Shown piece by piece: positions 13,446 through 35,778 of a DNA stretch of 64,000 nt. The translations under genes were made by a program, and so were the position numbers. The stretch comes from Amoebophrya sp. A120 (Eukaryota; Protista; Dinoflagellata). The notes under the pieces are model-generated. The model searched no databases. It was not told where the DNA came from and saw only the letters and a program-made list of their open reading frames with translations. The stretch is taken from NCBI GenBank assembly GCA_905178155.1, contig CAJINV010000024.1, forward strand, positions 181,964 to 245,963, read 5' to 3'. Positions within the stretch are counted from its first letter, which is position 1; every line of letters begins with the position of its first letter.

Positions 13446-16400
13446 TTACTTGACCTCCTTCAAAAAGCGGAAATAGAGTTTCTTGGCCAGCAGCCGGTGC
13501 TTCTTTGACTTCGCGTACCAGGCGGCGTCGTGACCGTGGTGGCACTTCTGCTCCGGGTCGGCTCCGTAGTGGAGGATTAAGAAGTGGCACAGGTCTTCCT
13601 TCCCCGTTTTCGCCGCGTAGTGCAAAATGGTCTGTCCGTTGTTGGGCCACTTGTTGTCGAGTGCCTTCCAGCCCTGGTTGTTGAGCATCTTGAAGCACTT
13701 CTTGTACTCCGCCGGCACCAGCTCCTCGGCTTATCCTGTGCAAAAGTATCGCACTCGTAGTAATTGCATTTATGCATTACAAATCTCTTTCTCAAGGTAA
13801 ATCCGCATTACAAATTGAATTTGTAATGCTGGGCTAATTTGTGATGCAATTGATACTAGTACGATGCTTTTGCATTGCATACGGCTTCGTACGGAGACAT
13901 GATGTCACTCGCCTTGATTACTTTCTCCTGTATGAGAGTGCACAACTCGCCCTCCCCCTCATCTGTATTTTTGATTTTGCATGAACAGCAATACAAACAC
14001 TTGCACGAGTGGAGCCCCCTGCGCATGACAAATTCATGTGCCTAGTGTAAATAGTACTGTTTGGGCGCTGTCCGGAATCTGTGATGCATGATAGTGACGC
14101 GAGAAACCAATTTGATTTGGGATTTTGCATGAGAAATGAGAACGAGGGGGAGTTATGCAGTTTCATATCCTGGCCGGCCACGTTAGAAGGCATGCCGGAT
14201 TTATCAAATGTAAAAGTGTCTGGGTCTAGAAGATTCTGAGACTTGTCATGCATGTTTTGCATGACCCAGGACGTCTGTAATGCACGCCCTAGCATCACAG
14301 ATTTTTAGACGGCTTCCTGATGCCTACTCCGCATGACAAACGCCCTCCCCGCGTAGCACAAACTAGACCCCTGCTTTTGCTGGTCATGCAATACAGAGTC
14401 TTTTAGAGACCGAAGTTAGCATCACAAGTTCCAACCTTCCAGACCCCGACATTTTTGCATTTGATAGGATTTCTCATCCAGGAGGTCATTGCTGTTCGCG
14501 CCGTCGTCCAGCTTGCTCTGGGCCTGCGCCTTCTTAGCCGCTTCCAGCTTCTTGCGCAACTCCGGATTCTTCTGCAACTGGTACTTCCACTCCTTCGCGA
14601 AAACCTGTTCGTTCGCCGGATTCGAAAAATCGATGTCTTCCGCCGGAAAACTGACCATCAGGGCCGAGAACTCTTCGAAGAGCGAGTTTTTCTTCTTCGG
14701 GTTCGCCAAATCAATGGCCTTCTTGCCGAAATCGTCGATCACGTGCACCTGCTGCTTGATAATCGTTTCGTCCAGGTTGAGCACTAGGTAGTCGAAGAGA
14801 GGCTTGTTATTCTTTTTCGCCGCGTAGTGGAAGAAAGTGCCACCGCCGGTCTTGTGGGCCAATATGCATTGCGAATATGTTTGGGTCTGGAAACTTGTGA
14901 TGCAAGGACGGGGAAAATAGTGACTACACTGTAATGCGCTGCCAAGCATGACAAGTTTTTCCGTGGTTCTGCTTCTGAGTAGCGTACTCCGCATGAGAAA
15001 CTGCGTTTTTGCATGACAGGCGAGCGGAGCTCTTCGCGGCCACGGCGCAATACAGAGTTCAGAGTCCTGCCAGACTAGCACGACAAATCTCGCAATCAAT
15101 CTCCCAGACCCATACTTGTATTTGATAGCCAACTGCTGCTGGCAATTCTCGTTGTCAAACCCGAGTTCCTTGTATGCCAGCGCACAACTCCCCCTCCCCC
15201 GCATTTGTATTGCATAAGTACATACAACAGCATTACAAACGCCAGCGACCCTGGAGCCTGTGCACGACAAATTTATGTACCTACTGTATGGTACTGTTTG
15301 GGCTTTTGAATAAATTTGTCATGCAAACAGTGCCACAGGGCAGCGACTGGAACTGGGGTTTTGCATGACAAATAAGGGGGAGGAGGAGTTGTGCACTGTC
15401 ATACCTTGCACATCCGGAACATCTTCCCGTAAAAGTCGCACAGACCAAAGTCGTGTTCCTCGTCGTAGATCTTCGTGCCGTCCGACCGGCCCGATTTGTT
15501 GGACGCCATGGACTATGAACTGCAAAAGTATCGTACTCGTATAAATGCATTACAAATTTCCTCAGCATGAGAAATAAAATTTGTAATGCTGATTTACCTT
15601 TAACAAAAGGATTTGTAATGCATGATTGCAATACGAGTACGATACTTTTGCACAGGATATGGACTCTTTGCTCATCATGGACTGCCGCAGCTGGTCCTTG
15701 TTCGGGACCAATTGGATCATGATCTGCCCGTTGCTGAATATGCATTGCAAACCTGTCTGGGTCCTCTGGAAGGATGCAACTTGTCATGCTATATCCGGAT
15801 CGTGCAAAGATCTGTGTTGCATGAGTGCCAAAATAAGCTGTCCACTTTCGACGAAGTTGGGAGGACACTTCTCATGCAGGATACTAGGCATGACAGAGAC
15901 CACCTCACAGAGTCTGTCATGCTAGGTCCCGCATTCCAGACCTCGTGGGTCATGGAGAGAAGATTGCATGACAAGTTTACATTTTTCTAGATGTAGACGT
16001 ATTTGCATTTGATACTGAAGGGGTTGTCGCTAAACATCGAGGTATTCACATTGTCGTCCCACGAAATGGATCGATTGTTCAGGAAGGCGTTGTTCGTCCC
16101 ATTCATTTATGCATTGCAAATATGTCTGGGTCTGGAAGGTTATATATAACTTGGCATGCTAAATCTCGATCGTGCCAAAAATTTGTGTTGCGTGATTACC
16201 AAAAGATGTCCACTTTTGAACAAGTTCAGCGGCAGTTTCTCATGCAGGATAGGTATGATAGCTGTTTCACAGAATCTGTCATGCTAGGTCCTACATGCCA
16301 GACGTCATGGGTTATGAAACATCTACATTACAAGTCTTGCATTCTTCCAGGCCCAGACATTTTTGCATTTGATATCATCGGACTGTCGTCGAAATTAGGA

Positions 16401-18160
16401 CCGTAGAAACCACCTCCATTCATGTTGCCAAAAGGACCACCGGCGGCACTGTCCACCGTGATGCCTCGACTGATGGGGGACGACGGGGCCGCCGTTATCG
16501 TAAGGGAAAATCCCCCCTCCCCGTATCGAAAAGGTATGTCTCAGAAAATTTGCAATGCAGATTTGTGACCACGAATCGTCTCTGTCTTGCAAAAACGCAA
16601 CTCCACCGGCTCCGCCGCAATCTTCTGCAGGCGGTTTGTAATGCTGTTGGCCCTACAGACTAGACATTTGCCATGCTCAGCGTCCAGCCCAAAACATCTA
16701 CTCAGTCTTAGTATAGGCCTATAGAAGTCCTCTCCAGCAAGACAAATCTGATTTGTGTACGCAAATCCAGCATCAGAAACTTCGGCTTCATATGGAGAGG
16801 AGGGATTTTTACTTTTGATAGCCGTGGAAGGCGTATCCGGCCAGTAATTCTGCATGTTGCCGCCAGAATTGGCGTCGGCAGGGACTTATGCATTGCAAAT
16901 ATCGATCTGGGTCTGGACGAAAGGTGGAACTTGTAATGCTAGTCTTACACTCCTGCGAAATGTGTATTGCATAAAAGCAGCAAAAGCGCCAAACTTTCGT
17001 CATGCACAGTCGACGCAGTTTGTGATGCGCACTACGCATGCGAAAGCGCTCCAAAGGTTTGTCATGCTTCACTGGACTACTTAAAGGCGCACTCAATCAT
17101 GACGACTCAGCATCACAAATTTCCACACCACCGAGATGACATATTTGCGGTTGATAGGACCAAGCTCTTCCCCATCATCGCGACCATGTTATTATTGTTG
17201 TAGTACAGATTGTTCATGTAGTTTTCTTTTCCCAGCATCTGCATGGCCTGGTGATGCGAAAACCCGTTGTGCTGTTCCTTGGTCTGCGTCCGCCAATTCG
17301 CGTCATTCAGGTTGGCGAAATCAGTGCCGGCATTTTCCTATGAATTGCAAAAGCATCGTACTAGTATGAATTGCATTACAAATTGGCTCAGCATGACAAA
17401 TGGAATTTCTCATGCTGATTTAGCATGAAAAAGCTAATTTGTCTTGCAGAACTGCAATCGGTAGTTGTACCAGTACGATGCCTTTGCACCGGATATTTCC
17501 CCGCCAGCGCTGAAGTAATCCGAGTTCCAGTACTCCAAGGGATATCCTGAGCAAAAGCGTGCCCACCCCAGAGTCAAGATGGGGATCTCGCAACACAAAT
17601 CCAGAAGTTGTGGCTGTAGCGCATGACAAATTGCCGCTCGTAGTGTAGTTCAGGTTAGCGAGGTCATCCGCATTACAAACCCAGCTGCTCATCCTGTTTA
17701 CAGCATCACAAATTTCAAAACACGATTGAAAATGCATTTCATGGGGATGCGCATCACAAGTTTGCTTGTCGTTGCCAATCTGCATGACAACTATGGCGTG
17801 GGGACGTTTTTACTCAGGATAAGGGGGCCGCGTCGCGCTGCCCCGCCTGCAGCTGGATCGGAACCTGGTGCAGAATATGGATTGCAAAAATGTCTGGGGC
17901 TGGAAGAATGCAACTTGTCATGCTGAATCTGAATCATGTAGAAATCTGTGTTGCATGAGTGCCAAAAGCTGTCCACTTTCGACCAATTTTGGAGGGAGTT
18001 TCTCATGCAGGATAGGCATGGCAGAGACCTCGCAGACTCTGTCATGCTAGGTCCCGCATTCCAGATCTCACGAATCATGGAAAACCTGCATGACAAGTTT
18101 ACACTCTTCCAGACCCAGACATATTTGCATTTGATACAGAAGCGGTTGCGCCATTTTCAT
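13446..18160 (-). CDS. ankyrin-repeat protein, 14 exons separated by 13 introners
   Basis: Continuous frame after removing 13 elements: MKMAQPLLHQVPIQ...GGTFFHYAAKKNNKPLFDYLV...NGQTILHYAAKTGKEDLCHFLILHYGADP...KEVK*. Two ankyrin-type HYAA motifs. Confidence 0.85.
13732..13881. mobile_element. introner, family C (short)
   Basis: tatcctgtgcaaaagtatcg / cgatgcttttgcattgcata; DR cggct/cggct. Confidence 0.9.
13931..14167. mobile_element. introner, family D
   Basis: tatgagagtgcacaactc / gagttatgcagtttcata; DR tcctg/tcctg. Confidence 0.9.
14202..14466. mobile_element. introner, family A
   Basis: tatcaaatgtaaaagtgtctgggtct / agaccccgacatttttgcatttgata; DR ggatt/ggatt. Confidence 0.9.
14863..15127. 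mobile_element. introner, family A
   Basis: TAT..gggtctgg TIRs; DR gccaa/gccaa. Confidence 0.9.
15173..15403. mobile_element. introner, family D
   Basis: DR ccttg/ccttg; predicted intron has GT..AG ends. Confidence 0.9.
15514..15659. mobile_element. introner, family C
   Basis: tgcaaaagtatcgtactcgta / tacgagtacgatacttttgca; DR tggac/tggac. Confidence 0.9.
15739..16014. mobile_element. introner, family A
   Basis: TAT/ATA ends; DR ctgaa/ctgaa. Confidence 0.9.
16108..16374. mobile_element. introner, family A
   Basis: TIRs; DR tcatt/tcatc. Confidence 0.9.
16496..16820. mobile_element. introner, family E
   Basis: tatcgtaagggaaaatccc / gggatttttacttttgata; DR gccgt/gccgt. Confidence 0.9.
16887..17156. 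mobile_element. introner, family A-like
   Basis: TAT/ATA ends; DR ggact/ggacc. Confidence 0.85.
17339..17495. mobile_element. introner, family C
   Basis: TIRs; DR tttcc/tttcc. Confidence 0.9.
17543..17821. mobile_element. introner, family B
   Basis: tatcctgag / ctcaggata; DR aggga/agggg. Confidence 0.9.
17876..18136. mobile_element. introner, family A
   Basis: TIRs; DR cagaa/cagaa. Confidence 0.9.
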
Positions 18161-19733
18161 CGATGGTTGCGCGAAGGAAGGTACGCGTTTTGAAGGTTCG
18201 CTGTCAAATGTAAGAAGTCGTTTACTAGTACAATGCTGCTACGCTTTACCTTACGTAAAAATCCGCTTTTTGTCTTTGTCGTCTGTAGTGATCGTAGTCT
18301 CCGCTTACGTTTTAGTTTTATTTTTATGTTACACGGTGGAAATTATAACGACCCAACAATATTATGCCACAACGCAAGAAGGTAATGCTACTTTTCGCCT
18401 GGTGTCCTCGAGTTAAGAAGTGTAAATGTTCTGCGAAACCAACGCACGACTTCTTCTACTAAAGCACTTCGTTCAACTTCTTCGCAAAAACTTTACCACT
18501 ACTTCAACTTCGGTAGATAATCAATAAACCAGCTGCGAAAAGTATTCACAACCGTCCCATTTTCGCTTTTTTTAGAGTGTTTAGGACTACCTTGCTGCTC
18601 TTGGGGGAGCGTTCCTATATGTATGTTCGTCTTCCGTCTTCCTTCCTGTTTTTGTTGTGGAATGATTTGGGATGCGAGATGCGCACCATAGGCATATTGG
18701 AGCAAGATCTGCAATGTTGCAGAAACTGCGAAGGATAATGTAAAAACACCGATATTAATATCAGTCAGAAACTTTTCCCTCGCTCGTCGTCTCTCTTCGC
18801 ATTTTCTTGTCGTGCTCTGCTTCCGCCCAGCACGCACTTTTACAGCGTTTTTGCTTGCATGATAAAGAAAGGCGCTTTTTATTTGCTGCTCAAGGACGCA
18901 GGTTTCTCTCGAGGAAAAATCAAAATGCGCGGCATGAGTAAAGAACACTTTTTGCTACGACCGGGGCGAGGTCACAAGAAGTTCTTGTGGTCACAATACT
19001 GAAGTCTATTCCTCCCACTTTTCTTTCGTTTTGGTTTTTCGGTCCCAAGATCAAAATATTCCAAAAGTAAAAACTAAAACCCCTGATCGAAGAAGTACTT
19101 TTCCATAGCTTGTTGCCTCCAGCAGGATCACAAGGATAACTCGGCAATGCAAGAAACTCCTTTTTTCGTCTTGCTGAGAACAAAGGGATACTCATACTCA
19201 TAATTGATTGCTGGATTACGTTGCTGTGAAAATGATGAAAGTGGTAAAGTGTAGTAGGTTGCACCCAAGAAGGCGAACCTCCTGGGCGCTTGTTTGTGCC
19301 TTTGTCTAAAATTAAAAAAATCGTGTAAGATTTATTCAACATCGAGCAAAGTAATCAGGTTTCGGTAGTACCTCAAGATTTTTCGCTGTACTAAATACAT
19401 AACATCATGGTGGGTGATTTTATTGTTGATCGAGGAGTATCGTCTTGCCCTCGTCTCCTGTACTAGTTACAGTTTTGCTCCTTTGTCATGCTCTCCCGGC
19501 ACGACAAGGGGGAGAAACAAACTTGTCCGTAAAGATGTAAAAGTTCAACAAAAATTTGGCATGCATCAAGATCAACTTCCAAATAGCCAGAAGTCAAGAA
19601 AAAGTCGTCCAGTGCCGCTACTTGTGAGCGCCACGGGCGAGGACATCCTGACAACAAACTCTGAGACGTTCTGAAAAAAAAATCGTGCTTACAACTAGAC
19701 GTTTTAGTTACCCTAGTGCATTTTTTTACTTTT

Positions 19734-28918
<9,185 letters not shown>

Positions 28919-28936
28919 TTTCTGGCTGGAGGTGTC

Positions 28937-29190
28937 TATCAAATGCAAATATGTCTCGGTCTGGAAACTTGTAATGCTGAGTTGTGAATAGTGAGTGCTC
29001 GTCTGTAATGCACAGCCAAGTATGAGAAATATTTGCGCGGCTCAGTGTTGCGCTTTCCGCATGACAAAGTGCGTTTTGCATGACAAGTAAAAGGGTATCT
29101 TCTTGGACACGCATGACAAACGCTTCAGTCATGCGAGACAAGCATGACAAACTTGCATTCTTCCAGACCCAATGATATTTGCACTTGATA
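28937..29190. mobile_element. introner, family A (gmd 5' UTR or N-terminal extension)
   Basis: TIRs; DR gtgtc/gtgtc. Confidence 0.9.
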
Positions 29191-30294
29191 GTGTCAGAGA
29201 GGGTGCGATCGCAGGTGTTGCTTCCAGCCACCTCGGGAGGATGCTCGTCGCAAACTTCCGGAATTTTCGCTTTTTGTGATGCAGCTACTAACTTGCGTTC
29301 TTCTGTGTTTTCGTTCTTGATGTTCGTGCAACTTCTACCACCTTCTTCTACACTAGAAGTCGGAGGACTACACAACAACAAGACTACTTACGCACGCTTC
29401 TCCTACTAGTAGTACTAAAAAGTTCGGTTTCACTTGTTCCAGTCGATGCTAGCACACCTTCCACCAAAGATAGAAGAACAACGAAAACAGGCACTGCTCT
29501 GGTTAATATTCCTCTTCCTAGCCGCGTGAGAAGCTCCTGATGTGTTATAGGATCCTTTTTTACTCTGAGTACGTCGCGGTATGGGGAAAAAAGTTGTCGA
29601 CCTCCTGACGAGATTATTTTACAACGAGAACACCAAGCAACTACAGTATCTACGCACTATGCACGGTCGTGTCTAGCAGCTCTAGTCTCCACTGTGGGCG
29701 GGAAGAATACATATAGAAGATGTGGCTTTGTTGTAGTTTTTCGCACTATGGGAACTGTTCTTGTGCGGGCAAGGGGTTTTGGAGAGAGCAAAAATCGCAA
29801 AAGTTGCCTTCGAACAAAATGAGTTTGATTCTGAATCAGGAAGAGTACAACTTACGTGGAATGAAGTATTTCTGATTCTGGTATTTCCAACGTATAGCTA
29901 CACTACTTCTCTCAACGTGGTCCGGTGGTGGCGTCATGTGACGAATCGCAGAGAACCAATTTTTTTTACCACATGAACTGAACACCAAGATTTTTCTGTA
30001 GCATGAAGATGAACTCCTTTACCTCCGGTTCATCATCTTCTGTGCAAGCACTGCTTCCATCTCGACGCAATGCGGTTTGAGACCTTCTCGTTTTTTTTTT
30101 TCGTACCATTGATTGTAGTGCATAAGAGTGGTTGTAGCAAACATTTCTGAAGACCAACAATAAACACCTCCCTACTTGATGTTCTGAACCATAGGCCAGG
30201 TTTGTACTTCTCGCTTTCGACAAATACATGTTCATTCTAGGAGGTTCTTTCATTGAGACAACCTAGACGTCGTGAGTCCTCTGCACCAGAGGAC

Positions 30295-31335
30295 CACTCA
30301 TTTCGCAAAAAAAAAAAATGAATCAACATCCGCTGTGGTTTCTTCGGTTCGACAAAACCAAGCAGCGCCCCCCTGCTTGGAAAGCTTTCCCCTAGTTGAA
30401 ATCTCTGTTCCAACTTTTTTCAACTCTTTTCCAACTTAATTTTGAAATTGGTGCCGGACCCTTCCGCAAGATGCTCGCTGGCCCGCCTTTTCTTCAATGG
30501 CCTAGCTGGACGCCGGGCCGCTTCCCTCGAAAAAAACACAGGCCCGGGTGGTTCCTCGCTATGACCTGCGGTCTTTCATGACCCGGGAATCAGGGCCCAT
30601 TCGCCAGAGGCAAGTGTTCGCCAGCGCCAAGGCAATAATGTTGGGGGCAGCAATGACGTTGCATCGCTGCAAAATCTTGCCAGGCTAAGAAAGTCCCTGT
30701 CTTTCGCGCGTGAAGCCGCTTATACAGTGGCGGCCCGAAGCAGGAAAGTCGAAGGGCCTCCACGCGCCCTATTTCGTCTTGCAAAATAGTTCACGCGCGA
30801 AAACCTCGCCACCGGCTGAGGGCTTGCTTTGTGTATATCTGTGGGAAGCCTCGGCGCGAATGGGTGCGCTACAATCCCAGGCGGCCTTCTGAAGCTGGCC
30901 CTGTGCTGCGATGCGCTGTATGAAGCCGCGGCGCGCTCGGCTACATTCTAGAGCAGTATCGTGGGCATGACGCATGTAGCAGGAAAAACGGCAATAGCGG
31001 GGCTGTAACTACCGCTGTGGCGTACGTGAGGCCGCCGCCCTTGAGAAATCAAGCGCGTGACCCCCAAATCGCTTTCAATAGCAACGACGAAGCCCGTTTT
31101 GTAGCCACCTAGGGGCACGCTGATGCTCCGTCGATCGATAACCAGGCGCGAGGACTCAGGCCCCTAAAGCGAGCCAAAGTGAAAAATTGCTGGAATTCTG
31201 AATTCATTCTGAATTCGTTAAGAAATGACTATTTTCTAAGGCGGTTTTGAGTTAACCACACTCATTTCGCAAAAAAAAAATGAATCAACATCCTTCCGCT
31301 GTGGTTTCTTCGGTTCGACAAAACCAAGCAGCGCC
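30295..31335. repeat. ~75-bp direct repeat (30295-30369 and 31259-31335) flanking ~890 bp of unique sequence
   Basis: cactcatttcgc(a)n tgaatcaacatcc..gctgtggtttcttcggttcgacaaaaccaagcagcgcc occurs twice. Confidence 0.85.
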
Positions 31336-31748
31336 GAAGAAGTAGACCCTATGCATTGCAAATATGTCTGGATCCTCTGGAACTTTGTGATGCTAAAGTA
31401 TGGACAATTCTCTGGCGCTTTCATCAAGTGCAGCCAAGCATGACAACTTCAGTTCACGCCGTCTGATGCGTAGCACACATGACACACTGCGTGGTTCTTG
31501 CGTGACGAAAAAGGAGCGACTTTCGAGAACAAGAATGCAAGTTCTGGCTGTGCAACACAGTCGAGAACAGTTCTGGCTGTGCAACACAGTCGAGTTCTCA
31601 AGAATGCAAGACATGCAATACACGCTCCACTTTTAATTTTCCTGATCCAGATGAATATATTTGCAATGGATAGGTCCCATTGACGGCAAAGGGGTAGACG
31701 AAGAGCAGATTGGCGAAGTTGAATCCGATGACAGGCACCAAAGCGTTG
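31285..31748 (-). CDS. 3' end of a hypothetical membrane protein (5' part lost in the N gap)
   Basis: NALVPVIGFNFANLLFVYPFAVNGT|YFFGAAWFCRTEETTAEGC* after removing the introner. Confidence 0.55.
31350..31672. mobile_element. introner, family A, with internal ~30-bp tandem duplication
   Basis: tatgcattgcaaatat / atatttgcaatggata; DR gaccc/ggtcc; agttctggctgtgcaacacagtcgag occurs twice. Confidence 0.85.
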
Positions 31749-31849
31749 CNNNNNNNNNNNNNNNNNNNNNNNNNNNNNNNNNNNNNNNNNNNNNNNNNNN
31801 NNNNNNNNNNNNNNNNNNNNNNNNNNNNNNNNNNNNNNNNNNNNNNNNN

Positions 31850-32155
31850 GTTGTTGTTGAGTTGTTGTTGAGTTGTTGTTGAGTTGTTGTTGAGTTGTTG
31901 TCGAGTTGTTGTCGAGTTGTTGTTGAGTTGTTGTTGAGTTGTTGCTGAGTTGTTGCTGAGTTGTTGTTGAGTTGTTGCTGAGTTGTTGCTGAGTTGTTGT
32001 TGAGTTGTTGCTGAGTTGTTGCTGAGTTGTTGTTGAGGTGTTGTTGAGGTGTTGTTGAGTTGTTGTTGCGCTGTTGCTGAGTTGTTGTTGTGTCGCGGGG
32101 GTCGCGGGGGTCGCGGGGGTCGCGGGGGTCGCGGGGGTCGCGGGGGTCGCGGGGC
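31850..32155. repeat. microsatellites: (GTT)n-GA type followed by (GTCGCGGGG)x6-7
   Basis: Directly visible, adjacent to the N gap. Confidence 0.95.
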
Positions 32156-35100
32156 TCGCGGAGTACTTCTGCGACCGCGAAATCAGGGTCACCAGATTAG
32201 CTTTGCTAAAAACAGCGCTGCGGCAAAAGCCGCGGCATTTTTAAAAATGTTGCGCACCGAGCTGACCACAGCGCCCCGCCCTCGCCTCCCCCCGCATGAC
32301 ATGAGGAAGGGTCGTGGGATGACAAATCAAAACTAAGGGCTACCTGGTAAACTTTTTTCCGCCTGGGGGCCGGATGAAAGGTTGCCCGGTTTCAGCCGCC
32401 AGCCCGTTCCAGCGATCCGCTGGAATGGGCTGCAGCTCGCATTGCGCAGTATCTAGGAACAAGCCCGCTCCTGCTCGCATTGCGCAGTATCTAGGCTGGC
32501 GCTGGCACTAGTCTCGGTTTGCAAAGCAGCCTGTCTTTTTTCAACTTGCGCTCCACAGCTTTTTCTTCTGCACTGCGTCTGAGCTGACGCGCGATCAAAT
32601 TTTCGATTTGCAGCCTACCTCTTCGGTAGCTACTAGCCCTCTTGCATCAATGGATGAGTATAGTTCGTTTCCACGCTAACTCCTTAAATTCGTTTTCAAA
32701 TATAGTGAGCCCATCTCGTGCTTACTATTCGCCCTGACCTCGCGGCGCAGGCTCGAGTGATGTCTTGCCACGCTCGGTGACCATGATTGCCAGCAAAATC
32801 ATTGTACAGTGTAACTTCAGTAAACTAAAAAACTAAAAGAGAGAGAAGACTGTATTGATGATAGTATTTCGTAGCATGCGGTGCCTGCGACTGCTAATGC
32901 GTAAAACTTATAAATGTATTACTTTTTGTAAAATTTCTCCCCCAGCATGTTCAGCGTGAAAGCCACCACCACTTGACTACTTTATCTTCTCAGCTTCTTA
33001 TCCGAGTAAACAGCTGGGTCGCTATCAGTGCTTTCCTATGTCATAAACTGTTGTCGTGGTCCCCCAAGCGAATCCATTTCTTCTGCCAATGCTTGTGGTA
33101 CGCAGACACCAAAAACAACTTCTGCATTCGTCCTTCTCACCAAGGACCACAACGTACTTCATGCATGACAAGCCCCTACAGAATCTAGCTGACAATCGGA
33201 TACACGCTCGCTGATTTTCTCCGATTCCTCCAGTAACTTCGCCACCTTGTCGCGGCCGGAGTCAGCTTCCTGCTATCGTAGCAAAGAAAGACCTGAATCT
33301 CACGAACCCACCATACTGTTCAACTCATGCCTTCGTCCTAACAAATTACGTTTACCTAGTATTGTTTCACCAACGCATCAAAGCCTGACTTCAAATTCAA
33401 AAATACAAGTTTTGCGTCAGCGCATAGTTGTACGTCTCCTGAACGTCTTATGGTTCGGTCACTGGACATCTTTTCTTTGCTTCATCTCCACATGTTCTGT
33501 ACCGATGCGGCATTCGGCGCCGGCGACGGAGTTTTGTTTATGGAATTGTCAAAGTCGTCTCAGCCAGAAAGGAGATTTTTCCACGACTACCTTTTTTAGT
33601 AAAAAAAACAAAGAAAAGTTCCCCTACTTAACATCACAAATTCGTCTAGGCATCGCCGCTAAATAAAACAGTCTGTCTGTCCAATGATCGAGAATACCGT
33701 GCACATACTATGAATTCATGACCTTCACTTTGACGATTTTCTCAGTGACCGTCCCATACTCTTGTTTCCGGGCAAGGTGATGATCTTGGCCCTGTTGTAT
33801 GTAATAAATGGCTTATGATTATCATGAAAAAACTAAATTTCATTTATTCATGCATTATTTCATTTTCACAAAGAAAAAACAGCATGAAATACGTCACGGC
33901 GTCCTTCTTCCAGCTTTCAAAGTATCCCAGGGTAATCAAGATATGCAAGACTGCAGCATTGGGGCAAAAAGACACCTGCAGTGAGAGTCCAACTTACTTA
34001 CGATTACGTTTACGCACGGTTGTTGCTTTAAACTCTATCTCGTGTGCCGGGAAAATAGTAGATAAATGCTGAATCATGTTCCTTAGGTACGTTTCCGGTG
34101 CGACAAGGTCTGATTCTGACCTCTCATCATTATGATTATTGTCTTTTTGCGTAATGTACGGCCAGGATATTATGAAAGCAAAGTCTGCAGCTGTCACACG
34201 TGAATAAGCACCCGGTCTCGCAGCTGTTAGCTCCGGGAGCTGTGCCTGTTCGCACTAGTGGAACTGCCGAAGAGTCCTCGCGAGGCACAATTGCCAATCA
34301 GTGCTGACCAGAATGCAGCATTCGTACTTGGGCAAAATGTTGTGACGAGTGCGGTGAATGTGATCTGCCAGACTGCCACTTTCATATATCAGGAGCAGCA
34401 GCACGAGCACCCAGAATCCAAAAAAAACCTGCAATCATCTCCGGATAGTAAAGATGCAGTTCGTTGAGTGCTTCTGCACAGTCACAAAAACGCTGACCCT
34501 TGCCTTGCTGCTTACCTTACAAAAACGTCTATGAAGCAAGACCCTTACACAAAAGTCGGTGTGTTGGTTCTTTAGAAGAAAAAACCACATGCAAGACATA
34601 GAAGACTAAATGCAAGTTGTTAAATTCGGATAATCCGCATCGAAAAAGCTTCTCCTCTTGTTTCGCCGCTCCGTACCTGCAACAGTTGCTGTTTTTTTAT
34701 TTTTCGCAACCATCTTACGCGATCTTCTAAGCACACAGGCGGGGAGGGGAAATCAGTGCATCACATATCATGCGTACCAAGACACGGAGGGCCAGTGGAT
34801 CTTTGTTCCCGACCTCTGCACTTGTGAATCACAGAGCCTGAGTGCATCGAAGCTCCCAGTTCTTACCTGCAAATTTTTTCCTACCTCTTGAATGAACACT
34901 TTGCATCTACTATATGTTTTGAAATGACCGTTACGTGGACTGTGTGGTCCTAAATCGATAGAAAATTCAGAACCTGCTTTTCGTCCGATCGGCCTTAGAT
35001 TGCGGATCGTCGTCAGCTATCAAATTGAAAAGTCCACCACTCCACAGAAACGACAGCAACCTGCTCTGCAGCAACCTGCTCTGCATATTCAGCAGCAACT

Positions 35101-35214
35101 TGGCCACCGGCTCTCCACCTCCCAGAAGAAGGGAATTACTAAGCGAATTTTCGTTCCAACCAGACATGCAAAAAGCCCGACCGCTCGTGTTTGCGTGCAA
35201 CATACAATTGCTTG

Positions 35215-35778
35215 TTATTTTCTGGAGTGGAAATACTTTTCCAAGGTGATGCCCTCCGCTCCTTGTTCACCTTCATTTTCATTGTCCACAGCCGGTGGCG
35301 GAGGCGGAGCAGCCATCATTTTCATCTTCATAGCTTTCTGACCCGTATGCATTGCAAATGTGCCCGGGATATGCCTTGCAACTCTTTCTGTGTCTGGACA
35401 TAATGCGCTTCCTGCAGCAAGCAGCGATCTATGCATAGGCAGAAAAGGTAGAAGTATTTGTACTTGTGGACAAAGAGGACAGGATGTACAGAGCTCACTC
35501 TCATGCAGAGCAGTAGCATCAAAAGTGTCTCAAGTGTTCCAGACCCAGAAATACTTGCACTTGATAACGGAGACTCTGGGAAACCTAAACTCGCGTGTCG
35601 TCAACGCAGAACTTCCGTCTCACAGCAGGCCGGTGCGGAGCTGCAGCTCTGGCTATGTACCTATGCGAAGCCTTTTGGAGAACGCGATGGGATCTGCAGA
35701 AGAAGAAGCGACAGCAAAGTAGACCTCCCTTTCCAGAGTACCGGGACATACTTGCATTGGATAACCCATCTTCGCCAT
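35215..35778 (-). CDS. short ORF or 5' part of a hypothetical gene
   Basis: MAKMG|QKAMKMKMMAAPPPPPAVDNENEGEQGAEGITLEK... after removing the element; downstream structure unresolved. Confidence 0.4.
35346..35763. mobile_element. composite introner (418 bp) with an extra internal TIR
   Basis: tatgcattgcaaatgtgcccgg / ccgggacatacttgcattggata; DR acccg/accca; a second family-A right end sits at 35537-35566. Confidence 0.8.

Noticed and set aside
13446-18160. Repeats alternating with short unique segments, superficially CRISPR-like
   Set aside because: The repeats are 150-325 bp TIR elements from several families, the spacers are in-frame exons, and no cas genes are present.
31449-32192. 247-aa Gln/Thr/Asn-rich ORF
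   Set aside because: Translation of microsatellites across an N gap; no independent coding evidence.
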